The notes below the pieces were generated by a model, which saw nothing but the letters and a program-made list of their open reading frames with translations, was not told the origin of the DNA and did no database searches. Both the position numbers and the translations under genes were made by a program. DNA of 64,000 nucleotides from Octopus vulgaris. Lineage: Eukaryota. This document shows positions 27,655 through 44,367 of this stretch, piece by piece. Within the stretch, counting starts at the first letter, position 1; every line of letters begins with the position of its first letter. The DNA lies in NCBI GenBank assembly GCA_951406725.2, contig OX597824.1, positions 56,792,001-56,856,000 on the forward strand. The letters are read 5' to 3'.

Positions 27655-27712
27655 TATCACTGACGAAGAGAGGTCTCTTAGTAGCTAACTCTGAAATCGG
27701 TCCGATATGGTA
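27655..27712 (+). ncRNA. Type-I hammerhead motif in a short element (about 27635-27965) ending at (TA)n
   Basis: tatca-CTGACGA-agag..ctct-GAAA-tcgg-t-ccga-TA-tggta. Confidence 0.85.
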
Positions 27713-27986
27713 ATAATGGAATTTTTTAGAAATTTCTGTCGACCCTTTTTCGAGTAGCGTGCGTATTGTGAAAAAAGTATATGGTTAATGGACAATATGT
27801 CCAATTTTTCGGCATATTTGGCATTAGAAAAATTTTTCCTTTGCCCTCATTTATGAATTGTTTATAAATTTAACCGTTAAAGATATTTTTTAATAAGCTG
27901 GCCAATGATAAAATTCTTTTCGAGAAAATATCTTTTTTCGAAAAGAATTTTATCCTCACATTTGATATATGTATGTATATATATGT

Positions 27987-28311
<325 letters not shown>

Positions 28312-28314
28312 TAC

Positions 28315-28371
<57 letters not shown>

Positions 28372-28644
28372 ATAAATATTAGGGAATAAATCCAAATTTA
28401 CAGGGAAAAATCAGATTTAGGATTGAATCCAATTTTATAGTAAAATATTATATAATATTAATTAGAGACAAAACCACTATTAGGCAAATCAAACAAAGAA
28501 AAACTTAATCCAATACATAAAAAATTTTATATAAATTAAATAAAATTAATTTTATTTAATTTATATAAATTTTTTTATGTATTGGATTAAGTTTTTTTCT
28601 TTGTTTGATTTGCATAATAGTGGTTTTGTCTCTAATTAATATTA
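28372..28644. mobile_element. Loopless AT-rich palindrome 28453-28644 with extension (family of 40339-41913)
   Basis: Centre aaaatt|aatttt at 28547/28548; left end nearly identical to 40339-40490. Confidence 0.8.
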
Positions 28645-29665
28645 GAGCCACGATCACAAGTTATGCAGATGATACAAAAGTTTCACAGGCAATACAGAAC
28701 CCTGAAGACACTAAGCACCTGTAATGTGAGCTGGACGAAATATACAAGTGGGCTGAAAAGAATAGCATGCAGTTCAATGCTGAAAAGTTTCAAGCTTTAT
28801 ACTATCAGCATGCAAAACTGAATGCAATACCCAATGAATACACTGGACCCGGAGGGATTGCAATCCCAGAGGCACAATCAGTGCGTGACCTGGGTATTCA
28901 CATGAGTGATGACGCGACCTTTCATGTACATGTTGCTAAACTGACAATGAAATGCAGACGGCTGGCTGGCTGGATTCTTAGAACCTTTAGAACAAGAGAA
29001 CAAGAAACCATGATGGTCCTCTGGAAGACACTTGTCCTAAGCAACTTTGACTATTGCTCTCAGCTATGGTCACCATCCAGTGTCAAGTTGATCACAGAGC
29101 TCGAGGCGATCCAACGTAGCTACACGAAGAAGATAGCTTCTATGCAGAATGTAAGCTACTGGGAAAGACTCAAGAAATTAAAACTATATTCCCTGGAGCG
29201 TAGGCGGGAAAGATATGCCATAATATACATCTGGAAGATCCTGGAGGGAAGTGTCCTGAACTTTGGCATCGAGAGTTACGCAAATGCCAGAACTGGGCGC
29301 CACTGCATGGTGCCTAGGACTCCAAACTTGCCATCTAGATGTAGGACAAGATTCTGTGATAGCCTGGGCTTCCGAGGCCCACAGCTCTTCAATATCCTCC
29401 CGAAGAACCTGAGAGACCTGCATGGGGTGGATGCAGATGTCTTTAAAATGAAGCTGGATCTCTTCCTGTCAGGTGTCCCAGATGAACCAACTTCACGGCA
29501 GGAGGGGCAGATGAGGGCAGCTGCATCGAACTCTCTCATGCACCAAATAGCAGTTGCTAGAAAGCCTTCATGAAGTGAAACCAAGTAGCAACACCAAATG
29601 GCGGTGCCCCAGCATGGCCACAGCTCATAAGCTGAAACTGGAAAAATCAAAATCAAAAAAATCAA
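28645..29665 (+). mobile_element. CR1/L2-group LINE 3' fragment (268-aa ORF 28767-29573)
   Basis: YADDTK, MQFNAEKF, DYCSQLWSP. Confidence 0.9.
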
Positions 29666-29670
29666 TCAAA

Positions 29671-29788
<118 letters not shown>

Positions 29789-29869
29789 TATATGTATATA
29801 TATATATATATATACATATATTTACATATATATTTACATATATATATACATATATATTTACATATATTT

Positions 29870-31613
29870 ACCACCCCGTTGGAACGAACCAGTGGACTTC
29901 TTTGCCGCCTCACCTATAACCAGCGAGGCGATTACAAAAGAATGTATTGACATTAGCGAAAAAGATGTCCTACTCGCCATAGATGAAGTGGACACAAACT
30001 CAGCTGCTGGTCCAGACGGTTTCCCAGCCATCCTCCTCAAAGCGTGTCAGCATGCCCTGGCAAAACCCCTCAAGATTCTCTTCCAGAGCTTTCTTGCGAA
30101 TGGCAAACTGCCAAGCAAGCTGAAAGAGGGAATAATATGCCCAATACATAAAGGGGGAAGTAGAGCAGATGCCAAAAACTATAGGCCTATCTCTCTGACT
30201 TCACACATCAGCAAAGTAATGGAACGGATAGTCAGAAAGAAACTAATCGCATTCCTTGAGGAAAATAACTTGCAGAGTAATACCCAGCATGGTCTTCGAC
30301 CAGGTAGGAGCATTATGACTGGGTGTTGAGGCAGTTACTCAACAAATCAAATGTGGACGTAATCTACCTTGATTTTGCAAAAGCTTTTGACAAGGTGGAT
30401 TATGGTATGATATGCCACAAACTACGTGACCTCGGCATAGCTGGAAAACTTGGAGTGTGGTTGCATGACTTCCTGAAAGATAGGAGTCAGGCAGTAGTGG
30501 TTAATGGAGCCACCTCTATGAACACACAGATAATGAGCGGTGTTCCACAGGGCACTGTCTTGGGACCACTGCGTTTTATAGTGGCCCTCTCAGATATGCC
30601 CTCAAATGCCCGGATAGCCACTCTGGCCAGCTATGCAGACGATACGAAAGTCTCGCAGAAAATACAGAACCCCAGCGATGTTGCACACCTGCAGCAGGAG
30701 TTGGACTCAATCTACAGATGGTCTGAGGATAATAATATGCAGTTTAATGCTGAAAAATTCCAGGCCCTGCGCTACCAGCATCCAAAACTGAATATTAAAC
30801 TTAGAGGATACACCGGTCCACGGGGAATTTCAATCCCAGAGTCTAAGTCTGTGAGGGACCTGGGTATCGACATGAGTGATGATACCTCTTTCCAAGTGCA
30901 CATTACCAGGATGGAAACAAAGTGCAGACGACTGGCTGGGTGGATCCTAAGAACATTCAGAACCAGAGATAAGGAAACCATGATGGTCCTCTGGCGGACA
31001 TTCGTCCTCAGTCGCCTGGATTACTGCTCACAGCTATGGTCACCCACCAGTGTAAAATTAACAGCGGACCTTGAAGCAATCCAGAGAAGATTCACAAAGA
31101 ATATCGTCTCTTTGCAACAGCTCAGCTACTGGGAAAGGTTGAAACAGCTAAGACTCTACTCCCTGGAGAGAAGACGGGAGAGGTATGCAGTAATATATGT
31201 CTGGAAGATCCTGGAAGGAATTGTGCCAAATTTTGGCATTGTAAGCTACACCAATGCTAGAATGGGACGACACTGCATAGTGCCAAAGATCCCAGCAATG
31301 CCATCACGCTTCAGGACCAGCTTCTGCAACAGCCTGGGTTTCAAGGGCCCACAGCTTTTTAATATTCTCCCAAAGAGTCTGAGAAACTTGCACAAAGTAG
31401 ATGTAGCGGTTTTTAAATCAAAGCTGGACATCTTCCTGTAAAAAGTCCCAGATCAACCTACCTCACGGCAAGAGGTGCAAAAGAGAGTAGCTGTATCAAA
31501 CTCCATTCTTCACCAAGTGCCACATATTAGACGAGGTTCGTCGTAATAACAGTGTAGCACAAAACGGCGGTGCATCAGCATGGCCGCAGCTCTGAGCTGA
31601 AACTAGAATAAAA
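29870..31613 (+). mobile_element. CR1/L2-group LINE, 5'-truncated, RT largely intact (ORFs 29892-30329 and 30323-31441)
   Basis: [43 protein letters not shown]. Confidence 0.92.
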
Positions 31614-31836
31614 TATATATATATATACATATATAAGAAAAACTTTTAGATGGCTGCCCACATGGAGTCCACAGTGATACATCTGATATATATATATATA
31701 TATATATATAAGGGCAAAAAAAAAAATTCTTATGCCAAATATGCTGAAAATAGACTTTAAATTTCTACATAATTCATCAATATAAGCAAGCGTCTCGAAG
31801 CAAGCTGACAGAAATTTCTGAAAAAAATTCTATTAA

Positions 31837-31895
31837 TACCGAATCGGTCCGATTTCTGAGTTAATTCATACAGAACTTTTTCGACATCAGCGGTA
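31837..31895 (-). ncRNA. Decayed hammerhead motif (relative of 27655) in element about 31710-31920
   Basis: taccg-CTGATGT..GAAA-tcgg-a-ccga-TT-cggta; core A9 mutated. Confidence 0.6.
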
Positions 31896-32159
31896 AATAC
31901 GTTAAGAAATAAATGAAATACTTACTTGCAGTCATTGAAGAAGCAGACTACTTCCAGTATACTGCCGTATGAGTAATTCTTTATTTCTTTCTTATTAATG
32001 TAAGAGGGGGAGTATAAAATATATTTTAGATCGAAATATATATGGTTCAATTACTGTTCACGCAATTATTGCTGGCATTTTATTTAGCAACAGAGATTGA
32101 GTGGAAAGACTTTACATCTTTACATATTTGATCTTGTGAATACTTCCTTTTCTTTTAAA

Positions 32160-32425
32160 TATAGCTTAGTGGCTAGAGTATTTGGTTTACGACTTTACGG
32201 TCGTGAGTTCGATTTCTGGCGGCGCGTTCTGTCCATGTGCAAGACACTTCATTTCCCATTGCTTCAGTCCACTCAGCTGGTAAAAATGTGTTGCACTTCT
32301 AGTTCAATGGGCCAGCCTTTCACAGTCAGTGTGACACGTTGAATCTGCCTGATAAATATGTTGAGGATATGCGTGTCTGTGGAGTGCTCAGCAACTTACA
32401 AGTTAATTTCAAGAAAGGCTGTTAA
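32160..32425 (+). mobile_element. tRNA-derived SINE (family members at 46780-46992 and a 3' piece at 34152-34197, -)
   Basis: tagcttagtggctag..gagttcgatt; shared body cagtccactcagctggtaaaaatg. Confidence 0.7.
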
Positions 32426-32734
32426 TTTCAAGAACACGTCCAATTGTGAAAATTACACGGAATAAAAAAATCTTATTCTCGAGAAGCAACTCTATTATCA
32501 TATTAGCTTTAGTTTCATATAAACAAGCACTTCTGTACAGGTGTGTGGAGAGTGAATAAGCAGTTAGGTGCATGTGTATGCTTGTGTGCGTATATGTATG
32601 TGTATAGATGTATGTATGTGTTGATACATGTGGGCTTGTATATGCAAATGTATGCGTGTGTGTGTGTGTAAGTATGTATATGAATATGTGTGTGTATTTG
32701 TGCACGAGTGTATGAATGCATGTGTTTATGTTTG

Positions 32735-32780
<46 letters not shown>

Positions 32781-34213
32781 TATACATATATATATATGTA
32801 TGTGTGTGTGCGTGCGTGTATGTGCATGTATGTGCATATATATGAGCATGTATGTATGGACGTGTGTGTATATAGCTAGTTTTGATGTTTCAGATAAATT
32901 GGAGGTTTCTACATAGCATGCATGTGACCGGAAATACAGAAGCTTATACCGGTCAACTTAATGACGTCACGTGGAGTGTAAAAATACAGTCCTGATGACA
33001 TATTACATCTGTGTCCGCTTTCGGTGAGAGTTTTTACTGTAGCTGCATTGTTTGTATGTGTGTGTGTGTGTATGCATGCGAATGAGTGTATACATGCATC
33101 TATGTATATGTATGTATTTGCATGATGTGTGCGTTTCTGTGTGTATTTGCATGTGCGTATTAATATGTATAAGTGTATGAATGTGTGGTCCGAGTGTGTT
33201 TTGCTTTTTGCTGTTGTCCTTAGATATTTCAACGATATCTTCATGGTTTTCAGGAGATATTCAACTTCGTTATTGACTACTTCTCAACATTAACACTTCT
33301 TTCTTCCGCTCTGTTTGAAATTTCTTCCAACGCCGCCACCACCACCACCACCACCACCACCACCATTATTATTATTAAAGACCTGCCGAATTTCTATCTT
33401 AATGCTTCCATGTTTTTTCTGAATGGCCAAAGTGGTATTGTAATTGTAGACATATATCAAAGATAATGGAAATCTACAGAGATTTCCATGTTTTTCATGA
33501 GGTCGGGGTTCTTCGCACCTTGCTTTTATTTATTTACTCATTTTTATTAATGTAAGATTCAGTTGCTTTTAGCTGGGTTCATATAAAAATGACTTCTATC
33601 AAATATAAAAAACAATAGAAACAAATAACAAAGAAGAAATTGATGGAAAATAATGCATATATTATAATAAAAATGAATAATGAGAAAATATACTAAAGTG
33701 AGAAGGAAGAAATATATAAATGTTTTCAGATAAAAAATGACATACTTTGTAACAAGCGCTGTAGAGTAAAATGGTGGTGGTCTATGGTGAAGCGAATCTG
33801 CTAGAGTTCTTTGAGTTTCTCACATCGATAATGGTTTGGGGGAAATCACGTGCACACAACAATTTCCCATCTTTCTTGCATAGGGTTACACATACATACA
33901 TACATACATACATACATACATACATACATACATACATACACATATACATATATACATACATACATACATACATACATACATACATACATACACATATACA
34001 TATATACATACATACATACATACATACATACACAATATATGTATGTATCTGAGTATGTGTATGTGTGCGTGTGCGTCTGTGTATGTAGACATGTCACTAT
34101 ATGTTCTAATATATAAATGATTAAATACAGACACACACACATATATACAACTGGCACTCCGTCGGTTACGACGACGAGGGTTCCAGTTGATCTAATCACA
34201 CTTAAATTACAAA

Positions 34214-34246
<33 letters not shown>

Positions 34247-34396
34247 AATGCATGTATATATATACATATATATATGTGTGTATATATACATATATATATA
34301 TGTGTGTGTGTACATATACATATACCTTTATATATACATATATATACATACATACAGTCACACATACATACACACACACGAGCACACACACACATG

Positions 34397-37772
<3,376 letters not shown>

Positions 37773-37980
37773 AAGTATTGCTTATGACCACTTTAATGAT
37801 GCTTGACCTCTAAAAGACGACGCTACTGCTACTGGCAGAAGTTGTCTCCTGCTTACAATAAATGTCGTGTACGAGAAGAGCACTGAATAAACTAGCTAGA
37901 GGAGATGCCTCCCTGGGTTAAATGGCAGTATTGTCGTCTCTTAGAGGACAGCCACATTAAAGTGGCCATAAACAATACTT
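37773..37980. mobile_element. MITE-like element with imperfect terminal inverted repeats of about 55 bp
   Basis: aagtattg..ccactttaatg..cctctaaaagacgac versus gtcgtctcttagagg..cattaaagtgg..caatactt. Confidence 0.65.
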
Positions 37981-38339
37981 TTAGGTTTGTGTGTGTGTGT
38001 GTGCGTATATATATGTATATAGGCAAATTTGTTGTTGAAAATGCACCTAAATTTGAAAAAAACGTAACTCTTTAAAAAACATTTATTTACATATATACCA
38101 AACTTGTTTCAACAATATTTTTTGGCTATCAACGGTACAAATTTAAAATTATGAATTAGAAAAACATGTTAAGGAATTTCGATATTGACAAGTTCATAAC
38201 ATTCAATAATAGTAAAACTGTGCACCAATTTGTTTGAATATACAAAACTCATTAGTGTTAGTAGTCATCGAAAAGAAAAGACTACCATCAAAGTTTCAGT
38301 CATCGAGTTAAGAGGGTAAAAAAAAAATAAAACAAGGAA

Positions 38340-38948
38340 GAAATGAAGATATTAAAAAAGGGGATTTGGTTTACAGTTTCTCTGATCCTCTTTCCGTCGT
38401 GTGTAGGAACTTCCGCTTGTAGCAGTGTGTTTTTGAATCCGGTGTATTTATAATTTTATTCGCGAGCGGATCTGAATTTTGATTCGTTAAAGTGCTAGTT
38501 ACGTCTTGTTTTTCCGTTGGTTAAGTTTGTCGTTCTGCCTGGTTGGCTTCCCTGTGGGGAACGGTCATCAGTCGTTCCCGTTGGTTGATTATCTTAAAGG
38601 GTAATTTTGTTGTATTTGCTGAAGTTCGGTTTTGATTAGTCTACAGTTAGGTGACATCAGCAACTGGTGTTTTAAAAATTTCATTGGTCTAGAGATAGGT
38701 GACGTGAGTAACTGGTGTTTGTATGGTGATTTGGAGTTGCGGTTTCGAAACCCAGGTGGAAAACTTTTACTAAATTTTTAAAATTGTATATTGTTCCTGG
38801 TTGTTTTTTTGTGGAGAAATTGAGTCTGTTTTCTTTTTTCTCTTTCTGGGGTTTATATTTTTTAATGAGTATGCTTTCCTTATTTAAACGGAATTGGGTT
38901 GAAATGTTTCCGGTGCATTGATACAGAGGGAAGATTTGGTATTTCGTA
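38340..38948 (-). mobile_element. PLE terminal fragment (GIY-YIG C-terminus + 3' UTR)
   Basis: YQIFPLYQC...[14 protein letters not shown] resembles the C-terminus of the 34-37 kb PLE; decayed CTGATGA-ccgtt..aacgg near 38500-38570. Confidence 0.6.
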
Positions 38949-38996
38949 TATATATATATATATATACACACACATATATATATACATATATGTATA

Positions 38997-39088
<92 letters not shown>

Positions 39089-39089
39089 C

Positions 39090-40039
39090 AAGGATAAAAT
39101 CTTAATAAGGAATCTTAACAAGAAATTATCAGGTAGTTAGCGTGAAAAACCTCATAAGAGAAAAAATCCGAAAATAATTTTTTCACTTGAAAATATTTAT
39201 TTATATTGTATAGAGGGCATTATTACACATAAATGCCACACGCTAAGAGGGACATAAGTCATTACTACCAAAATTTAACTAATCATACCGAATGAAGCTC
39301 TCAAAGCAAGACATTTAAAAAACTGAATTTAGTTCTATATCACCTGTGATTTCGCAATTAACGTATTAAATACGTCTTTTGTTCATCAGTAGAACAGATT
39401 CTGAACACATCATAAATAAACATAACCAACATACCTAGCGAAGCCAAACAGACATCTGCTCCCCTCGGCGAAGCACATGGAAGTGTTTATTCATCATACA
39501 TTCGGTAAATGGCGGGCATTTTCGAACTGCATGTCGGTAGGAAAACTTTTCCTACCGAAAAAGCCCGCCATTTTCCTACCGGTAAAAGGCGGGCTTTGCA
39601 GTTCGAAAAAGCCCGCCATTTACCGAATATATGATGAATAAACATTTCTATGTGCTTCGCCGAGGGAAGCAGATGTTCTATTTGGCTCCGCTAGGTATGT
39701 TGGTTATGTTTATTTATGATGTGTTCAGAATCTGTTCTACTGATGAACAAAAGACGTATTTAATACGTTAATTGCGAAATCACAGGTGATATAGAACTAA
39801 ATTCAGTTTTTTAAATGTCTTGCTTTGAGAGCTTCATTCGGTATGATTAGTTAAATTTTGGTAGTAATGACTTATGTCCCTCTTAGCGTGTGGCATTTAT
39901 GTGTAATAATGCCCTCTATACAATATAAATAAATATTTTCAAGTGAAAAAATTATTTTCGGATTTTTTCTCTTATGAGGTTTTTCACGCTAACTACCTGA
40001 TAATTTCTTGTTAAGATTCCTTATTAAGATTTTATCCTT
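39090..40039. mobile_element. Large fold-back HHR element (about 440-bp arms 39090-39531/39597-40039)
   Basis: Near-perfect inverted repeat flanked by TA tracts. Confidence 0.9.
39734..39797 (+). ncRNA. Type-I hammerhead motif (mirror copy 39332-39395, -)
   Basis: gttcta-CTGATGA-acaa..ttgc-GAAA-tcac-ag-gtga-TA-tagaac. Confidence 0.85.
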
Positions 40040-40054
40040 AATTGTTATATACAC

Positions 40055-40107
<53 letters not shown>

Positions 40108-40148
40108 TGTATGTATGTATGTATATACATATATGTATATATATATGT

Positions 40149-40282
40149 GTGATATAGAACTAAATTCAGTTTTTTAAATGTCTTGCTTCGAGAGCTGCAT
40201 TCGGTATGATTAGTTAAAGTTTGGTAGTAATGACTTATGTCCCTCTTAGCGTGTGGCATTTATGTGTAATAATGCCCTCTAT

Positions 40283-40290
<8 letters not shown>
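40149..40290 (+). mobile_element. Truncated copy of the 39-40 kb family starting at HHR stem III
   Basis: Matches about 39786-39927. Confidence 0.85.
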
Positions 40291-40338
<48 letters not shown>

Positions 40339-40340
<2 letters not shown>

Positions 40341-41913
40341 ATAAAATATTAGGGAATAAATCCAAACTCACAGGGAAAAATCAGATTTAGGATTGAATCC
40401 AATTTTATAGTAAAATATTATATTATATTAAATTAGAGATAAAACCACTATTAGGCAAATCATACAATGAAAAACTTAAGCTAATACATAAGATTAATTA
40501 ATTTATATTATTTAAAAATATATCAAAATTATTAAAAAAGATAATTAATATAACACTACGATCGTTTCATGGCTGTTCAATTCTTAAAATTTTCGAGTTA
40601 CAGTCATTCTTTAGGTGGTCTAAATATCTAAAATATAATCAATATTTTAAAGATATAAATAATATATATAATATAATAATTTTACTTATAATAAACTCTA
40701 TTATCAAATATGATTATATCCAAATCGACTATAACGTGAATATTAATTTTAATTTATAAGGTAGGAAACCCATAATCTAATATCAATATTAGTCTATATC
40801 TAATTACATAAATATTTAAAATGTCTAATATATATAAATTATCAATGAAAATATATATATAATATTATAATCAAGATCTAAAATAATCTCTATAAATAAT
40901 TGTATATAATAAAAACCTAATGAATTTAATTTTTCATATTTAAAGATGAAATAGCTAATTTCAAAATGCAAAAAAACTAACTTAAATGAACTTTCAGAAA
41001 TCTTATGTAAAATACTTTTAGAAATAATCAATTCTTAGTAATATAGTATCGAATAAATACTATAAGTACTATAAATATAATTATGAATGGGAATAATTAT
41101 CGAATATAAATTTAAAGAAATAACTAAGTTATGCTATTAAATTAGACATGGCCTAGACCAATCTTTAATCGAAACATATCTAAGTTTATCAAAGTTTATC
41201 TAATTTAATAATAAATTTAAAATTACAATTAATACTATTAAAACATGTATATACAAAGCCTAACTTAATACACCTAGTATGCTTGCTATCAAATAATATA
41301 TCTATCGCTAAGAAGTATCTTACGAATAAAATTAAATTTAATATCTAATAATATAGAAAATTACGATAATTAGATCATTACATAAACAACGATATTTACA
41401 TAAGGAGAATATTATTACTCCAAAGGCTTATACAATATTAAAATTTACAATTTGAAGATCTTAAATAAATACATACTTAACTTGGCAAGGCTTAATCAAT
41501 GAACTAAAATTTTGAATCAAAAAACGTCTTTTACAGCGTTTAAAGAATACTCGTGGAATTACATTATTAGCAAAAAAAATTAAAGCTAATATTTACATTA
41601 TAGTCGATTTGGATATAATCATATTTGATAATAGAGTTTATTATAAGTAAAATTATTATATTATATACATTATTTATATCTTTAAAATATTGATTATATT
41701 TTAGATACTTAAACCACCTGAAGAATGACTGTAACTCGAAAATTTTAAGAATTGAACAGCCATGAAACGATCGTAGTGTTATATTAATTATCTTTTTTAA
41801 TAATTTTGATATATTTTTAAATAATATAAATTAATTAATCTTATGTATTGGCTTAAGTTTTTCATTGTATGATTTGCCTAATAGTGGTTTTATCTCTAAT
41901 TTAATATAATATA
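40339..41913. mobile_element. Very AT-rich HHR element with inverted arms of about 335 bp (40418-40755/41577-41913)
   Basis: Arms are reverse complements with scattered transitions; (TA)n flanks. Confidence 0.85.
41715..41778 (+). ncRNA. Type-I hammerhead motif (mirror copy 40554-40617 has core CTAAAGA)
   Basis: cac-CTGAAGA-atgactgt..acagccat-GAAA-cg-at-cg-TA-gtg. Confidence 0.8.
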
Positions 41914-41977
41914 TATATATGTATATATATTGATACGGAGGGAAGATTTGGTATTTCGTATATATATATGTATATAT

Positions 41978-42022
<45 letters not shown>

Positions 42023-42025
42023 TAA

Positions 42026-42078
<53 letters not shown>

Positions 42079-42167
42079 ATATGTGTGTGTATATATATAT
42101 ATATATATACGAAATACTAAATCTTCCCTCTGTATCAATGCACCGGAAACATTATATATATATATAT

Positions 42168-42526
42168 AGATAAGAAAGTTGGTTTGTGAAAGCACGTGGT
42201 TGAATATATAGAAAATAGTAAAAAGTGAAAAAACTACAGAAGGCTTAAAGGTTAAAAAATATATATATATTTGCGTCAATATGTCTGAAGAATATTAAAA
42301 AATTTTTTCTTACAGTGACATAGTTTAGAAGAAAGACCGGTTTCGCGTTTAGCTTTTCAAATAACGTCGTAAGAAATTTGAAAAGCTAAACGCGAAACCG
42401 TTCTTTCTTCTAAACTATGTCATTGTAAGAAAATTTTTTTTAATATTCTTCAGACATATTGATGCAAATATATATATATTTTTTAACCTTTAAGCCTTCT
42501 GTAGTTTTTTCACTTTTTACTATTTT
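42168..42526. mobile_element. Fold-back element (151-bp arms 42212-42362/42376-42526) with the 3' half of an HHR
   Basis: 13-nt loop; gc-GAAA-ccgg-TC near the centre. Confidence 0.85.
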
Positions 42527-42547
42527 ATATATATATATATATATATT

Positions 42548-42892
42548 TCGATAGGTAAATGAATTATCCTATGTTTACCGTCAACATGGAAAATTCGATG
42601 AACCGATACCAGGGTAGCAAATTCACGCCAGAAACACGGTTGAAGCGACCTGTCCAAGGGTAGAAACTCCGGGTTCATGTGCAGAAATTTGTGTGTTATA
42701 TATGAATAAATAAATGAATGGAGTTGAACGAAGATGTTAACAAAATTCCTTTACTCTCGACATATGTTTCGAAGACAACATGGTTTCATTCCAAAGGAAT
42801 AAACGGTGCAAGATGCAATCTTCTCATCAGGAAAGAAAGGGAGCCTCTCTCAACAACAAGACAAACAGAAATTGCGACGACTGCCTTTACAG
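42548..42892 (-). mobile_element. Single-arm copy of the 15.6-kb family with intact HHR 42754-42835
   Basis: Reverse complement of about 15835-16170; CTGATGA-gaaga..tcttc-GAAA-catatg-TC. Confidence 0.85.
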
Positions 42893-43699
42893 TAATCATT
42901 CTAGGCCAGTAAACTTTTTGCCTAGGGCGAGCCCACAGCAATATCATATCTTCTCCACTATTTCAGTATTACGTGTTGAAAGTGAAACAAAAATATTTCT
43001 CTATTTTATGTCCGATGCTTTCCATTTAACAATAAAAATAATAATAACAATTGAATTATATGTAGTAAGTAATAATTAAAATCAAACTAAAGTATAATAT
43101 AATCGTAACATAACAAAAGTAAAAATAGCAATTGGTATAAAATTGCATCAATGACTTGAACTTGTATAAGTGGTTTCACATGAATGGGAATAAATTAAAA
43201 ATAAAATTAGCGTGCAGAAATGGAATAGTCCAGATGGAGCTGTGCTTTTACATTAGATTATCTGCTAATTAGCTAGCATTAAGTATCTATATGAAGTTTG
43301 GCTGTATGTAATATCTGTTTTCTCGAACAGCCGCTACTACAGAGTACTGCTGTTGGTTTATTTCTTATACATAAAGGACTAAAGCTTCAACTGCTTACTG
43401 CTTTCTGACTCATCGTAAGGTTTGTTGTTATTATTATTACTGTTTAACTATTGTTATCACGTTTGTTGGTTCCTCGCAAAGGAAACATTGATGTGTTGCA
43501 TTTGTTAAATAATTGTAAACTGTAACCTTCCCCCTTTGGGATAAGGAGCTTTGGTTATTGTTTAAAAATCGAATTGTGTCCCTGTTTGGGGAAATTGACA
43601 ATATTTTCACCGTTTACACGGAAGCATTTTTGTTAGAATGCCTTCGATAGAAGAAAGTCCAAAAATGAATTTCCCTGCAGCCGTCGGTGGGCGCGAACT

Positions 43700-44130
43700 C
43701 ATTGAAATTAAAATGGAAGAAATACGGATTGAACACCACCAAACGAAATAAAAAATTAAATTAAAGAAAAGACTATTGTCTATAAAGTATACAATGTAGA
43801 GAAAAAAGATTTGAACACCTGGAGGAAAGCACCATCGAAAAGTGTTTTGGTGCGACTATGAAAGATATCTAACTAGAGGCGGTAAATTCGCCACAATAGA
43901 AGCAAGGTTCGAGTCAACGGAGCGTGCAAGGGAGTACTCTTATCTTTATATCTGGGACGTAGGACCTCCCGGATAAAAATTTAAAATGTCCCCCACCTCC
44001 AGAAGTAGAGGTAGGCTGGATTGTAGCCACACTTCTATACAAGAGGGAGGACAAGATAAAATTGATCGAAATTGCAAGAGACGGGCCTACAATTCCAGTC
44101 TGTTATATATTTTGAATATTGTTATCACTA
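43700..44130 (+). pseudogene. Divergent Tx1 ORF1 fragment
   Basis: KTIVYKVY, TRGGKFATIEARF, YLGRRTSRIKI, GWIVATLL align by eye with ORF1 at 10107-11180. Confidence 0.7.
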
Positions 44131-44236
44131 GCGGTATCTAGATATAACTTTGTATTTTGTATTTTATGTGTAGATGTATATATATATACAGATGTACATG
44201 TAATATGTACACATATATATACACATATATACATGC

Positions 44237-44275
44237 ACTAGCACTATGACCCGGCAACGACGGGTCATAATGCTA

Positions 44276-44277
<2 letters not shown>
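44237..44277. repeat. 41-bp hairpin with CTAG ends (mini Helitron-like) in TA
   Basis: actagcactatgacccg-gcaacga-cgggtcataatgctagt. Confidence 0.55.
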
Positions 44278-44326
<49 letters not shown>

Positions 44327-44367
44327 TATATTACACACACACACACACACATATATATATACATATA

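Noticed and set aside
33720-33890. Possible host exon after ttttcag, or a Helitron fragment
   Set aside because: Short, with stops in the plausible frames and no recognisable homology.
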